From the IMG/VR virus record IMGVR_UViG_3300020147_000065, positions 3,617-67,616 of that record: a stretch of 64,000 nt of DNA. The stretch is one strand, 5' to 3'. The position numbers and the translations under genes were made by a program. Origin of the DNA: a virus. Shown here one piece after another: positions 27,323 through 36,877 of the stretch; position 1 is the stretch's first letter; every line of letters starts with the position of its first letter. The notes beneath the pieces were generated by a model that was not told the DNA's origin, did not search any database, and was given only the letters and a program-made list of their open reading frames with translations.

Positions 27323-27889
27323 TCAAAGTGGTTTAAGTGCAAAGGTCATTTGCATTTCTGGCTTTACGATGTTACCACGAATAATTAAAAAGCTTCCGCC
27401 CCATAAAACAGGACGAAGTTCTCCGTGTAATCCAAGTAAAGCTCTGTCTGGCCCGGCTACTTTGAGAAATTCTTGAAGCTCTGATTCAGTAAATTCTTTT
27501 ACTTCCGCTTCTCCGCTTTCCCCTGCCATAACTACGAAATATTTATCGTTGGGATTATTTTCCCTGCGTTGACGCTGCGGAGGACGTTCGTAATAAACGT
27601 CTTCAACCTGAGAATTAGTTGCCTCTATCCATTCTTCTTCTGGAATGGCTACAGGTTCCTGGGCCTGTGCTGCTGCAAGCTGCTCAGGCGGTGGGGGTGG
27701 AATGTCTTCTTCCATGCGACGCGGAGAACGAGAAAGAAATGATCTCGCATCTTTTGGTCCATCATCGGGTACCGCAACACCTATCGGTCTTCGGCCCCTT
27801 CCCATATAAGGAGCCTGTTGTTGTTCCAGTGGATGACCTATTGGTTGCTGGGTTCGCATATCTCTTGGGCCTCGTGTTCGGCTACTCAT
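27323..27889 (-). CDS. Hypothetical protein
   Basis: ORF track; GGAGG RBS. Confidence 0.7.
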   Translation of the reverse strand: MSSRTRGPRDMRTQQPIGHPLEQQQAPYMGRGRRPIGVAVPDDGPKDARSFLSRSPRRMEEDIPPPPPEQLAAAQAQEPVAIPEEEWIEATNSQVEDVYYERPPQRQRRENNPNDKYFVVMAGESGEAEVKEFTESELQEFLKVAGPDRALLGLHGELRPVLWGGSFLIIRGNIVKPEMQMTFALKPL

Positions 27890-28155
27890 TTGTTACCTCC
27901 TGCGAAAAATCGAGAGAAGGCATCCATAAATTCAGCACCGTCCACAGAACCAGTAGTTGCCTTTATACGGGCTTTTACGGTTGGTATTTTAACTCGTAAA
28001 AGCATATCAGATAAAACCACTATCGGGCGTCTCTGTGATTTAATTTCACCATTCTCCACGTTTCTAACGTCTACAAAGGTGTCAAGTTCGGTGTAGATAA
28101 CTACATCTTCATTGGGACTATCAAGAAGTTGTCGTGCTAACTCATGTGCTTTCAT
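27886..28155 (-). CDS. Hypothetical protein
   Basis: MKAHELARQLL phage-type N-terminus. Confidence 0.65.
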   Translation of the reverse strand: MKAHELARQLLDSPNEDVVIYTELDTFVDVRNVENGEIKSQRRPIVVLSDMLLRVKIPTVKARIKATTGSVDGAEFMDAFSRFFAGGNK

Positions 28156-28315
28156 TATCTTCCTCCAATTGCGCTACCAATAAACCATAGTAAAATACCT
28201 AAAATAAGACCGTTGATCTTAATGTCCAAATCTTCCTTACTACTCATAAGGGTAGCACAAAGGATTATAAGTGCCAGAACACGGAATATAACAAACAGGC
28301 TTACCGTAATAAGTT

Positions 28316-28984
28316 CTACCATAAGTCTTCACCTTCTTTCGGTGTAATCACGGGTGCTTCCTTGGCTGTTGGTTCAATAAGACGGTAACGCTGTCGTAAA
28401 CCTGGCTTCTGTTCCTCTTTACTTACTTGTAACGGAACATCAAAATTCCACATAAATGGTGGAAGAGGATTAAGTTCATGGGCAACTCGTGTATGAATTT
28501 TACCAAACTTGGTATCTACGAGATTGCGCTCAAGAACAGAAGACTTTTCCCATCCTATTAGGTACACAGTCTGTGGCTCGTCTGGATAAGCAAGAGCTAA
28601 AACATAAATGCGATTAGGATGCATATCAATAGGTCGAACAAATAGTTTATAATCCAGAATGTTCATTTTCCTGTTACGCATGAAGGATGCCTTAATATCT
28701 ACGTTACTACCAGTTACATCAGCACCGTTATCGCCTAACCACGGGGTTTTATTAATCTCTTCACGACGAGTAAAGTATTCGTCGGCAGACCCACGTAACC
28801 AAATACAACCGGCCCACTCACCGAGTTGGCCGATTAGCTGGTCTTCTGCATTGGTTTTCTTTTGTTCAGCCCGGTCTTTGATCTTCGAGCCATAGCAGAG
28901 GTTTGCTGCCTCTGCATTGGCTTTAATTAATTCAAAGTCATCGCCTGGGATGTCAAGGATTAAGATGTCTTCTTCTCTAATCAT
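28316..28984 (-). CDS. Putative PD-(D/E)xK-fold nuclease-like protein
   Basis: GQLGE...DNGADV..VDIKAS pattern. Confidence 0.45.
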   Translation of the reverse strand: MIREEDILILDIPGDDFELIKANAEAANLCYGSKIKDRAEQKKTNAEDQLIGQLGEWAGCIWLRGSADEYFTRREEINKTPWLGDNGADVTGSNVDIKASFMRNRKMNILDYKLFVRPIDMHPNRIYVLALAYPDEPQTVYLIGWEKSSVLERNLVDTKFGKIHTRVAHELNPLPPFMWNFDVPLQVSKEEQKPGLRQRYRLIEPTAKEAPVITPKEGEDLW

Positions 28985-29622
28985 GGTGAAATATCTGAAT
29001 CAGGTCGGTTGATTCTCTCTTTATTCTTTGTCATCTCTACTGGGTCCCCGTGGATGGCATAAACAATTAGTTTCTTTAGTTCGTTTATACATTCAGTACA
29101 GTAAATCCCACCTAATATAGAAGGTTGTAGCTCTGAATAAGCATTATGTAGTTCTCTACCCCACATCATGACGCGTTTACCACATTTGTCACAACATCTA
29201 CTACGAAAAGTGTTCGCACTGTTACCAACAGGGAATTGTTTGTTGAATGCCCGTCTTACTTTCTCCATCTCAACAGCTTCTCGATGGATTGTTTCACAAT
29301 TAAAAGCTTCTGTTTCGCTATCGTATTGCTGATTACATTCACCACATTCCCACTTCTCTATTTTCTTCGGCATTATCCTTCTACCTTTCGATTCATAGCA
29401 TTTTATCTCACAATTGACAGCATCTTCACAGAGATCGTAACTACTACCACAAATGTGACACAGATACTTTTCAATGGGAGGATAGCTTGGTCGCTTATGT
29501 TCAGGCCAAGTATTAACTCTATCTACCGTTCTGGCTACAAATAGCCAGAACTGTCGGTTTTCTTCTGTGGATAGATTCATTCCGAATTTCATACGTAACC
29601 TCTGGCCAGAATTTCGGCCCAC
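28981..29622 (-). CDS. Cys-rich hypothetical protein (repeated CxxC...CE)
   Basis: ORF track; may be two fused genes. Confidence 0.55.
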   Translation of the reverse strand: MGRNSGQRLRMKFGMNLSTEENRQFWLFVARTVDRVNTWPEHKRPSYPPIEKYLCHICGSSYDLCEDAVNCEIKCYESKGRRIMPKKIEKWECGECNQQYDSETEAFNCETIHREAVEMEKVRRAFNKQFPVGNSANTFRSRCCDKCGKRVMMWGRELHNAYSELQPSILGGIYCTECINELKKLIVYAIHGDPVEMTKNKERINRPDSDISP

Positions 29623-30323
29623 CTATCGAGATAAGCGTCAGCATATAAGTCGGGATAAATACTATAAGCACCCAGCGCGGGGAAGTCGTTTACTTCGATA
29701 AGAACTGTGTTAGTTCTTAGCTTGGTCTGGATTACACCCACATCAAGTCCGTAAGCAATAGGTGAATCTTTATAAGCCGCCATCATATCACGTATGATTT
29801 TCCAGTTTGGTGTTGCTTCTGGATTACCTTTGTAGAAAGAGAAGCCGATTGCATCATTATTATGTACAAATACTCTGTACTCGGCATCAAAATGAACCAC
29901 ATCTGATTTCCAGACCATACTATCTATAAATTCATTTCGTAGTGCTGGTGAAAAGTATCTGTTTTCTTTGGCTTCGAATTGCTTCGTGACAACAGGTTTA
30001 ATGAAGCATTTTTCTTCTGGTTTTATATCCCTTAATTTTACCTGCTTTATATTACGGGCAAACCACGGGTGCAAAGACTCTGGATAATCCAGATAATTGA
30101 GTTTGATTTCGCTGTTGCGAAGATAACGATGCACGAAAGCAACACTGCCCGTTGCTACTTCATCAGGGAGAAGACCAAAATGACCATCAGAGCTACGTCT
30201 CAACTGTGGAATAAAAGCGGTTTCGTTGCTCGCCATTCCGTTCATCAAAACGACGGCTTCTGGAAGCTTGGGAAGTTGATCGTTAAAACTTTCGATTAGC
30301 AGGGTAATCATTGATTTCTCCAA
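29589..30323 (-). CDS. ATP-grasp domain protein (R2K/DUF4343-like)
   Basis: DYPESL, FIKPV..KQF, EYRVFV, AYGLDVG, LIEVND. Confidence 0.85.
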   Translation of the reverse strand: MEKSMITLLIESFNDQLPKLPEAVVLMNGMASNETAFIPQLRRSSDGHFGLLPDEVATGSVAFVHRYLRNSEIKLNYLDYPESLHPWFARNIKQVKLRDIKPEEKCFIKPVVTKQFEAKENRYFSPALRNEFIDSMVWKSDVVHFDAEYRVFVHNNDAIGFSFYKGNPEATPNWKIIRDMMAAYKDSPIAYGLDVGVIQTKLRTNTVLIEVNDFPALGAYSIYPDLYADAYLDRWAEILARGYV

Positions 30324-30547
30324 TCATCATTATCTTTTTCTTTGACTTCCTCAACGCGAAGCATCAACATCGCATAAGCTGTTTTCGCCTGAGAAGCTGC
30401 ACACATAGCCGATAATGCATTAGCTTCTACCACTGTAATTAAACCAGTCTTGGAGTATTCTGTAGTGAGTTGAGCTACAGCGTCATCCATGACTTTAGCT
30501 TGACGTAGTGCTTCTACTGTTTCAGGTCTAAATTCTTGTAACGGCAT
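30308..30547 (-). CDS. Hypothetical protein
   Basis: ORF track. Confidence 0.6.
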   Translation of the reverse strand: MPLQEFRPETVEALRQAKVMDDAVAQLTTEYSKTGLITVVEANALSAMCAASQAKTAYAMLMLRVEEVKEKDNDDWRNQ

Positions 30548-30900
30548 TATTTTTCCTTTACCAGTTCTCCATTGACGAATTTACCAATTCTCTCTCCGTA
30601 TTCATATGCGATGTCGTCATCGTCAACGGATACCCAGCCTTTATTTTTGGTACTAATCCACTCGTAAGCAATACCTTTAATATACTCATCATCTGGAAGC
30701 CGTTTGGAACCCTCAATCATTTTGTCATGAGCAAGAGCCATAGCAAAACAACCAGCTAAAGAATTATCCCATGTGTATTTAGTTGTCATGTATGCACCCG
30801 TGGGTAGCACACATCGTACAATCATGGTCGGTTCTTTCACAGTTTTAGCATACCAACGTAAAAGAAAAGACCCCCAGAGGTCAAGTAATTTTCTTCGCAT
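30547..30900 (-). CDS. Hypothetical protein (likely leaderless)
   Basis: ATG 6 nt after TATAAT of promoter 30907-30935. Confidence 0.6.
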   Translation of the reverse strand: MRRKLLDLWGSFLLRWYAKTVKEPTMIVRCVLPTGAYMTTKYTWDNSLAGCFAMALAHDKMIEGSKRLPDDEYIKGIAYEWISTKNKGWVSVDDDDIAYEYGERIGKFVNGELVKEK

Positions 30901-30906
30901 AAGAAG

Positions 30907-30935
30907 ATTATACCAGTTCTGAGGGTCTGCGTCAA
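30907..30935 (-). promoter_or_regulatory. sigma70-type promoter
   Basis: TTGACG-N17-TATAAT on minus strand. Confidence 0.75.
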
Positions 30936-30938
30936 GGG

Positions 30939-31277
30939 TCAGAGCCAATCGTTATCGTCGTCGAGGAAGTCATTCTTTACGGGTGAAGGAATAGAGGGAA
31001 TTTCCTGAGTCTTCTTCTCTCTTTCCCTGATAGCCGCAGCAGAGAAATCATCGTCTGTCAATATGAGAAGAGGAATATCATCTAATGATGACGGAAAAGT
31101 GTGTTTGACCCCTGGTTTGCACATAATCACAATCGAGGAGTCCGTCATTTTGATTCCCCATACTCCCTCCCGATTCATTATCGAATTGGAGTATTTCAGT
31201 TTCACTTCGGCTATCTGACGATTGTAAGGAGTCGCGCAGATAGTTGGCTGCTTTACGGAGTCTTGTGGAGTTGTCAT
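30939..31277 (-). CDS. Hypothetical protein
   Basis: ORF track; overlapped by the tail of the EndoVII ORF. Confidence 0.6.
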   Translation of the reverse strand: MTTPQDSVKQPTICATPYNRQIAEVKLKYSNSIMNREGVWGIKMTDSSIVIMCKPGVKHTFPSSLDDIPLLILTDDDFSAAAIREREKKTQEIPSIPSPVKNDFLDDDNDWL

Positions 31278-31653
31278 AAAAATTCCCTATTCCCAAATTA
31301 CAACTTGAACATAGTAAACCGCGTACCTTACCTGTACTATGGTCATGGTCTACACATAGCTGCTTTTCGTGTTTTTGTGGTTTAAATCCACAGATGGCAC
31401 AGGAATTATCCTGTGCCTCTAATAATTGTGTATATTCTTCTTCTGTAATTTGACATAGTGGTTCTCCAGGCTTTGTGCGAGAACGTATTCGTCTATTAAT
31501 TATTCTTATGCGGCTTTTGAGTATCTTGTTGCGCTCTCTTGCCTTATCTTCTTTACATTTCTTACAATATGTGTCGTAACCATCTGAGCTACTATTAGAT
31601 TTATGGCACGTTAATGGTGTCTTTTCAATGTCGCAAATAGGACAATTAGGCAT
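31078..31653 (-). CDS. Recombination endonuclease VII-family (His-Me finger) endonuclease
   Basis: QDNSCAIC...LCVDHDHSTGKVRGLLCSSCNLGIG..D..LRKAANYL. Confidence 0.92.
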   Translation of the reverse strand: MPNCPICDIEKTPLTCHKSNSSSDGYDTYCKKCKEDKARERNKILKSRIRIINRRIRSRTKPGEPLCQITEEEYTQLLEAQDNSCAICGFKPQKHEKQLCVDHDHSTGKVRGLLCSSCNLGIGNFYDNSTRLRKAANYLRDSLQSSDSRSETEILQFDNESGGSMGNQNDGLLDCDYVQTRGQTHFSVIIR

Positions 31654-31710
31654 TGGGTGTCTCCTAAGACTGGTACTCTAAGGAGACACCCGCGACCACA
31701 AAGGTTCCAC

Positions 31711-31806
31711 TTAACTAATCATACTGGCATAAGGGTAGCGTTTAAAAGCGTTGGATAAAACCCTTCTGCGTTGCCAATTATACGCAATTCGCTTCAATAT
31801 AGCCAT
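31711..31806 (-). CDS. Small basic peptide (31 aa)
   Basis: MAILKRIAYNWQRRRVLSNAFKRYPYASMIS; GGGAGGT RBS. Confidence 0.5.
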   Translation of the reverse strand: MAILKRIAYNWQRRRVLSNAFKRYPYASMIS

Positions 31807-31898
31807 AACTACCTCCCTTTTATGGCGATGTAGTTATGACGATTAATGTGTTTTTACGTGTTGTTTATTTCTTATCTAACTTATGTTATGTATAGTTG

Positions 31899-32417
31899 TC
31901 AAGAATAAACATATGCGCGTAATTTTCTTTCGACTTTTTCTCTGGCTCTCCATGAACGAGACTTAACTGTTCCAATAGGTACTTGTAACTTTGCTGCCGT
32001 TTCTTCAACATCCAGATTACCTAAGTAACGTGTAACAAGTATCCGTTGTGAAACAGGACTTAGGGTATCTATTACTTCACCGGCTAAAACTCTTAACTCC
32101 GCAGACTCTACAATCTCATGTGGTAAATCATCAGCAACATCAGTACACGCTGCTATGATTTTATCCATATTCTCACGGTAACGTAGTTTACGTCTGATAA
32201 GATCGCAGCAATAATTCCTTGCTACCGCTTTTACCCATTCACGCATCTTAGTTGTTTCTGTTACTGTATGACGGTTCAACCAACAACGTAACAACACATC
32301 TTGTTCTGCGTCTTCTATGAAAGCAGGTTCATGTTTTAATATATAGCCGAGCATTAAGCGAACCACGGGTCTATAATCTGCGTAGTACGCTTCCATTTCT
32401 GTTAGCGTTTTTTGCAT
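31899..32417 (-). CDS. ECF-type RNA polymerase sigma factor
   Basis: EDAEQDVLLRCW, WVKAVARNYCCDLIRR (region 2); EETAAKLQVPIGTVKSR (region 4). Confidence 0.92.
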   Translation of the reverse strand: MQKTLTEMEAYYADYRPVVRLMLGYILKHEPAFIEDAEQDVLLRCWLNRHTVTETTKMREWVKAVARNYCCDLIRRKLRYRENMDKIIAACTDVADDLPHEIVESAELRVLAGEVIDTLSPVSQRILVTRYLGNLDVEETAAKLQVPIGTVKSRSWRAREKVERKLRAYVYS

Positions 32418-32758
32418 ATCACTTCCCCATCTACTGCAAAGTAGACTTCTTTAGTGAGGCGATCCTTGACTCTCTGATTAATTTCGATGGTATCTTGGGC
32501 GTGTTCCGCTGTCATCGAAGCAGCATACAAACGTTCAAATCCCAAGCGAACAAGTTCAGCCACCTGTTGTTCTGTTGCCTTTTCGGGTTCAGGAGAAGGT
32601 ACCGGAAAAGATATTGCGGGGAATGGAAGGTCTTCTACATCAACAATATTTTCTTTTGGTAAAGGGGTTTTAAAGAGGAAGTGAGGGCGACTGACCTTCG
32701 AAAGGTCAGTCGCCACTGTTCTCCCCAGCGGTTTAGGAAAAGGGTATCTGCTGGACAT
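32402..32758 (-). CDS. Hypothetical protein
   Basis: ORF track 32402..32800; likely start MSSRYP after AGGAG. Confidence 0.55.
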   Translation of the reverse strand: MSSRYPFPKPLGRTVATDLSKVSRPHFLFKTPLPKENIVDVEDLPFPAISFPVPSPEPEKATEQQVAELVRLGFERLYAASMTAEHAQDTIEINQRVKDRLTKEVYFAVDGEVICKKR

Positions 32759-32978
32759 GAATTGCTGCTCCTGGTTTTGGAGTATAACCAATAAGTTCAA
32801 TAGCTAAATCGCCTTCTTCTGGCATTTTAGCACTGATTAGAATTTCACTTCGATCTGGACGAACTTTCTTGCGTCCAAAGGCCATCACGTTTGTGCGAGG
32901 AGAGAAGATAACGAATATATCGTCTCCGTTTTCAAGCAAAGCTTTCTCTAAATAAGCTCTGGGGATTGAGACTTGCAT
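32733..32978 (-). CDS. Hypothetical protein
   Basis: AGGAG RBS. Confidence 0.6.
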   Translation of the reverse strand: MQVSIPRAYLEKALLENGDDIFVIFSPRTNVMAFGRKKVRPDRSEILISAKMPEEGDLAIELIGYTPKPGAAIHVQQIPFS

Positions 32979-33369
32979 AAGACTCCTGTGGTATATAGTG
33001 GTTGTGGACTTTATTTATATCTTCCACGCAAACCTGTGGTAGCTCAGAAACTACACTAAATAACTGTTCGGATTTACTTAGACGCTGTGGTACTTCACGA
33101 TAACTCCAGAAAACGTAGTACTCGTCATCCACTGCATCTAATTCCATCCACCAACCGTCACCTACAACAACAAGGTCACAAGCTGGACCGGTGTAATTTG
33201 GGACGTAAGCTGTCTGAGGCAGCTTCATAAATTCATCCCAAGTCACACTAAACTTACCGTCTTTAGAGCCAATCCATTCAATATCCTCTGGATTTTTGCA
33301 ATTGGCGGCTAAATTATATTCGATTTCCTCAACCATATTTATGGTCGGTATTGATTTTTGGTCATTCAT
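32932..33369 (-). CDS. Hypothetical phage protein
   Basis: EDIEWIGSKDG...DLVVVGDGWWME pattern. Confidence 0.7.
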   Translation of the reverse strand: MNDQKSIPTINMVEEIEYNLAANCKNPEDIEWIGSKDGKFSVTWDEFMKLPQTAYVPNYTGPACDLVVVGDGWWMELDAVDDEYYVFWSYREVPQRLSKSEQLFSVVSELPQVCVEDINKVHNHYIPQESYASLNPQSLFRESFA

Positions 33370-33387
33370 TTTTCATCACCAAGCTAA

Positions 33388-33416
33388 ATTATAGCAGATT
33401 CCAGCTATGTCGTCAA
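33388..33416 (-). promoter_or_regulatory. sigma70-type promoter
   Basis: TTGACG-N17-TATAAT. Confidence 0.75.
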
Positions 33417-33469
33417 GTCCTGACAAACCTGAGAATGAGTTATGCGTATGAAGATGAGGAGGAAGCACC

Positions 33470-33691
33470 ATGATTATCAAAATTGATGGCAAACTTGTTT
33501 GTGGAATTTGCTTCATGGATGCTGAATTGGTGGAAAGCGGGTGTGGGCGATCCGACTGCCCTTACCGAGATGGTGCAAACGATGAAGTGTGTCATTTATG
33601 CGGGAAACCCATGAAAGAACACAACGATGTTGCTTGTCGGGAAGAGGTAAGGGAGGATAGAAATGGAGAACAATACTACGGGGTTAATTAG
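33470..33691 (+). CDS. Small Cys-rich protein
   Basis: GGAGG RBS; several CxxC. Confidence 0.6.
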   Translation: MIIKIDGKLVCGICFMDAELVESGCGRSDCPYRDGANDEVCHLCGKPMKEHNDVACREEVREDRNGEQYYGVN

Positions 33692-34436
33692 TCGCGGTTT
33701 AGGCCGACGTGTTCCTCCCGATTGGGAACACGTAAATAATTTTCCTCTTCGTGCTTTAGGTCGTAGCACCATTGCTAATGTCGAATCAACTTTAATTCTA
33801 CCTACGTGGGTTGCAGAACACGATCAGGGAAGTGAAGGCGCGTGTGTTGGTTTTGGCACATCTATGATGTTAGCTATAATCAACGAGAATCAGTGCCGAA
33901 ATCAGGGGGCACAGGGTGTAAATATCCGATATAACCCCTGGTGGCTATGGAATCAGGCAAAGATGCGTGATCCCTTCGCTGACACCAATCCTGGCGACCA
34001 CAATGGTACTACCGTTCGTGCAGCCTGTGAAGTGTTGCGCGATCTCGGACACGTACTCTGGAACATCGAGAATCCAACTTGTGTAGATAACTGCACACCA
34101 GACCTCAACTTTGGTGTATCTGCCTTCCGCTGGGCTACATCTGTTGATGAAGTCCGAACCGCTATTGGAACCAACTCACCTCTTTCTATTGGTGTAAACT
34201 GGTATTCAGGATTTGATAGTCCTGAAGAAAAGAATGGTGAAGCCTGGATTACCTCTTTTGGTTATCAGCGTGGTGGACACTGTGTTTGTGTCTATGCTGC
34301 CTCAGATAAGAGACAGGCTATTGGTTTTGTTAACTCATGGGGTAGAAACTACCCACGGTTGACATGGGTTAGCTATGCTGACTTTGATAGGCTAATTAGG
34401 GAAGAAGGGGAAATCGCGGTCGTGACAGACCGATGA
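33663..34436 (+). CDS. Papain-like (C1) cysteine peptidase
   Basis: DQGSEGACVGF (Gln/Cys), GGHCV (His), NSWG (Asn). Confidence 0.9.
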   Translation: MENNTTGLISRGLGRRVPPDWEHVNNFPLRALGRSTIANVESTLILPTWVAEHDQGSEGACVGFGTSMMLAIINENQCRNQGAQGVNIRYNPWWLWNQAKMRDPFADTNPGDHNGTTVRAACEVLRDLGHVLWNIENPTCVDNCTPDLNFGVSAFRWATSVDEVRTAIGTNSPLSIGVNWYSGFDSPEEKNGEAWITSFGYQRGGHCVCVYAASDKRQAIGFVNSWGRNYPRLTWVSYADFDRLIREEGEIAVVTDR

Positions 34437-34496
34437 TCGGTAATTATTGCAACTTGTAAAGTAAACCTCCGTCAGATAAAGACGGAGGTTTCTTTT

Positions 34497-35255
34497 ATGA
34501 AAAAGAAATGCACACGATGTGGTATCGAAAAACACGAAGACGAGTTCAGGAAAGCGAAGGGTTATAAGAATGGAATTTACAGTCAATGTAAACTCTGCGA
34601 AAAGGAAAAATTAGAAGAATGGCGAAAAGCCAATCCTGATAAGTTCAAAGCACAACAAAAAAGAACAGACCGAAATAAAAACAATGAGAAGGCTGCGCGT
34701 TATCGAGAAACACATAGAGAGAAGGTAAACGAAGCCGCCAAAGAGCGACGTAAGGAAAATTCAGGAAAAGAAAAGCCTGAAATCAAAGAGTTAAAATGCA
34801 CTTCCTGTGGTCACACTAAAGAAGCATCAAAACATTTCTTTAAGGATAAAAGCACAGCAACAGGGTATAAGTTCATTTGTAAAGATTGCTACAAAGACAC
34901 TGACTATTATAAGAACCGCAAGAAAACTAATAATCGAACTCCGGCTTCTCGTGAATCAAAGAATAAATGGAAGAAAAGAAATCCTGAGAAGGTTAGACAG
35001 GATACCAGAGACAGACGTTTATTCCGTAGGGTCGGTAGAGATAAAGAGGCATTAGAATATGCTAAAGTACTACGTAATGATCCTTGTTCCTATTGTGGTA
35101 AACCTGGGCCGTCCACGGTGGATCATATAATCCCAGTATCTAAAGGTGGAACAAATGATATTTCCAATTTGACTGCTGCTTGTGCTGACTGCAATTCATT
35201 AAAACACAATAAGGACGTGTTAACTTTCATGTTACAAAGAGTAACTGATAGATAA
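34497..35255 (+). CDS. HNH endonuclease with N-terminal Zn-ribbon repeats
   Basis: CSYCG...TVDHIIPVSKGGTNDISNLTAACADCNSLK. Confidence 0.92.
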   Translation: MKKKCTRCGIEKHEDEFRKAKGYKNGIYSQCKLCEKEKLEEWRKANPDKFKAQQKRTDRNKNNEKAARYRETHREKVNEAAKERRKENSGKEKPEIKELKCTSCGHTKEASKHFFKDKSTATGYKFICKDCYKDTDYYKNRKKTNNRTPASRESKNKWKKRNPEKVRQDTRDRRLFRRVGRDKEALEYAKVLRNDPCSYCGKPGPSTVDHIIPVSKGGTNDISNLTAACADCNSLKHNKDVLTFMLQRVTDR

Positions 35256-35256
35256 G

Positions 35257-35287
35257 GAAAAGGGAAGCTTTTAAAGCTTCCCTTTTC
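35257..35287. terminator. Bidirectional terminator
   Basis: GAAAAGGGAAGCTT-TTA-AAGCTTCCCTTTTC. Confidence 0.8.
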
Positions 35288-35509
35288 TCATTCCTTACCA
35301 TGTTTTTTAAAGTATTCCCGTTTCTTAACAGAAATCCGAGCCTCGATTTGATCAGCCACAGTATCTCTTCCTCGTTCACGAAATGCATCAGCCAATCTCT
35401 GAGCAAGCAATAAGACGGAATCCGGTTCGGTCGAATTAACGGCAAGGTCAACCCATTGTACTAAACCGTTTTCTAATTGTTCTGTTGTATAAGGTTTTGG
35501 ATCAGCCAT
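35288..35509 (-). CDS. Hypothetical protein
   Basis: ORF track; GAGG RBS. Confidence 0.65.
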   Translation of the reverse strand: MADPKPYTTEQLENGLVQWVDLAVNSTEPDSVLLLAQRLADAFRERGRDTVADQIEARISVKKREYFKKHGKE

Positions 35510-35708
35510 TATTATCCTCGTGTTTTTGCCAAGACAGATAAATCAAATCATGAATCTTTGCAGCCATAATCTCAGCATCCCCAAGAGTAACACTACTTGG
35601 GAGATTCACCCAAAGGAAATTGTTAATTTGTTCTTTTAAATCCTCTGGTATTTCCTCTGGTAATAATGTAAATCCAACTTGTGGAAATGTGTTTTCTTCA
35701 ACCATCAT
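35502..35708 (-). CDS. Hypothetical protein
   Basis: Start reassigned to ATG after GGAGGA. Confidence 0.6.
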   Translation of the reverse strand: MMVEENTFPQVGFTLLPEEIPEDLKEQINNFLWVNLPSSVTLGDAEIMAAKIHDLIYLSWQKHEDNNG

Positions 35709-36035
35709 ATCCTCCTTCAATCTCAACTTCTCTGGTGCCATATGATATAAAAGGTTTCATACCTTCTTTTCTATCGTATTTCTCTATCAGGTCATGAACA
35801 TTTGTACCAAAGAAAATTGTTTCTTTTAAACGAAGAATTCTTTTAAAAAACCAGATTCGTTTTTGCTGTTCGTAATAACGTGTCGCGTAAGCCTCTCTTG
35901 AAAAGCATCAAGATAAACATCATAGTGATTACCAGTCAGCCTGTATAAGGCGCAAGCCACGGGGCACGATTGTGCTGATTTGGGGCGACCTTTATCAATA
36001 TCTTCCTGTGTCACGGTTAAACAAAAACTTGACAT
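35698..36035 (-). CDS. Paralog of 36874..37164, interrupted by a -1 frameshift
   Basis: VTQEDIDKG...CPVACAL; -1 frame after T-TTT-TTA supplies the matching DLIEKYD...EVEI C-terminus. Confidence 0.6.
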
Positions 36036-36037
36036 AA

Positions 36038-36877
36038 TTAAATTCCTAATGGTGGTTTGGGAATACTAAACCCGGCTGCGGTTCGATGACCGCCGCCTCC
36101 CCTTTTCTTAGCAATCAAGCTTACGTCTACATCACCGGATTTAGAAGAACGCATGGAGAAAACTCTCTTGTCTTCAGTATCAAAATACATCACAACAAAC
36201 GGGTAATCATTAGCCAGAGCATCACCAATTTCACTTATCATGTTAGTAGCATTGATGCAGGGCACCCGATAGCCATCTAACTCAATCATTGGTAGCTTCC
36301 TACGCATAATAGTACCAATTTGCTGCTGTTGATAGCGCAGGATAGCCTCACCATCATTAGCCAGTTGATCCAAACCAAAACCATTTAAATAACTATCCCA
36401 GTTGGATTGTAGCATCGGCATTGATTTGAGTCCAGCAGACAATTCACGGCTGCGTAATAACTCAAACTTCCAGAGATCATAATCCTCAATGTATTTTAAG
36501 AATAAAGGTACAGGTTCGAACTCAAAGAAATACTTCCATGCTAAGACGGCACCCGAATGATTCATATCAAAAACGATGTCATCACTTATAAGGTCTTTAA
36601 GGTTTTCCTCTGCTGTTTTGTGATGGTCAATGACAACAACCCAATCAGCCTTCTCTTGCATATCTTCGATGACGGCCCGTGGAAAGCTAAAATCAACCAT
36701 GATGATGTTGTCACCCGGCTCTACAGATAATGGTTCATCACCATATTGACTTGCAATGAACTCAACATTATTTCTAACAAAGTCAAAGTTGTAGTCACGA
36801 AGTAGCCAACGACGCACAACCATCATTCCCGCAAATCCGTCTGCACAACAACCATGATAATAAACAACGTATCTCAT
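36038..36877 (-). CDS. DHH/DHHA1 phosphoesterase (oligoribonuclease NrnB-like)
   Basis: YHGCCADG, VDFS, IDHHKT, SGAVLAW, EDYDLW, GGGGHRTAAGF. Confidence 0.92.
   Translation of the reverse strand: MRYVVYYHGCCADGFAGMMVVRRWLLRDYNFDFVRNNVEFIASQYGDEPLSVEPGDNIIMVDFSFPRAVIEDMQEKADWVVVIDHHKTAEENLKDLISDDIVFDMNHSGAVLAWKYFFEFEPVPLFLKYIEDYDLWKFELLRSRELSAGLKSMPMLQSNWDSYLNGFGLDQLANDGEAILRYQQQQIGTIMRRKLPMIELDGYRVPCINATNMISEIGDALANDYPFVVMYFDTEDKRVFSMRSSKSGDVDVSLIAKKRGGGGHRTAAGFSIPKPPLGI

Noticed and set aside
31078..31277. 200-nt overlap of EndoVII tail with the next gene as dual coding
   Set aside because: The EndoVII domain ends at AANYL; the tail looks like run-on after insertion.
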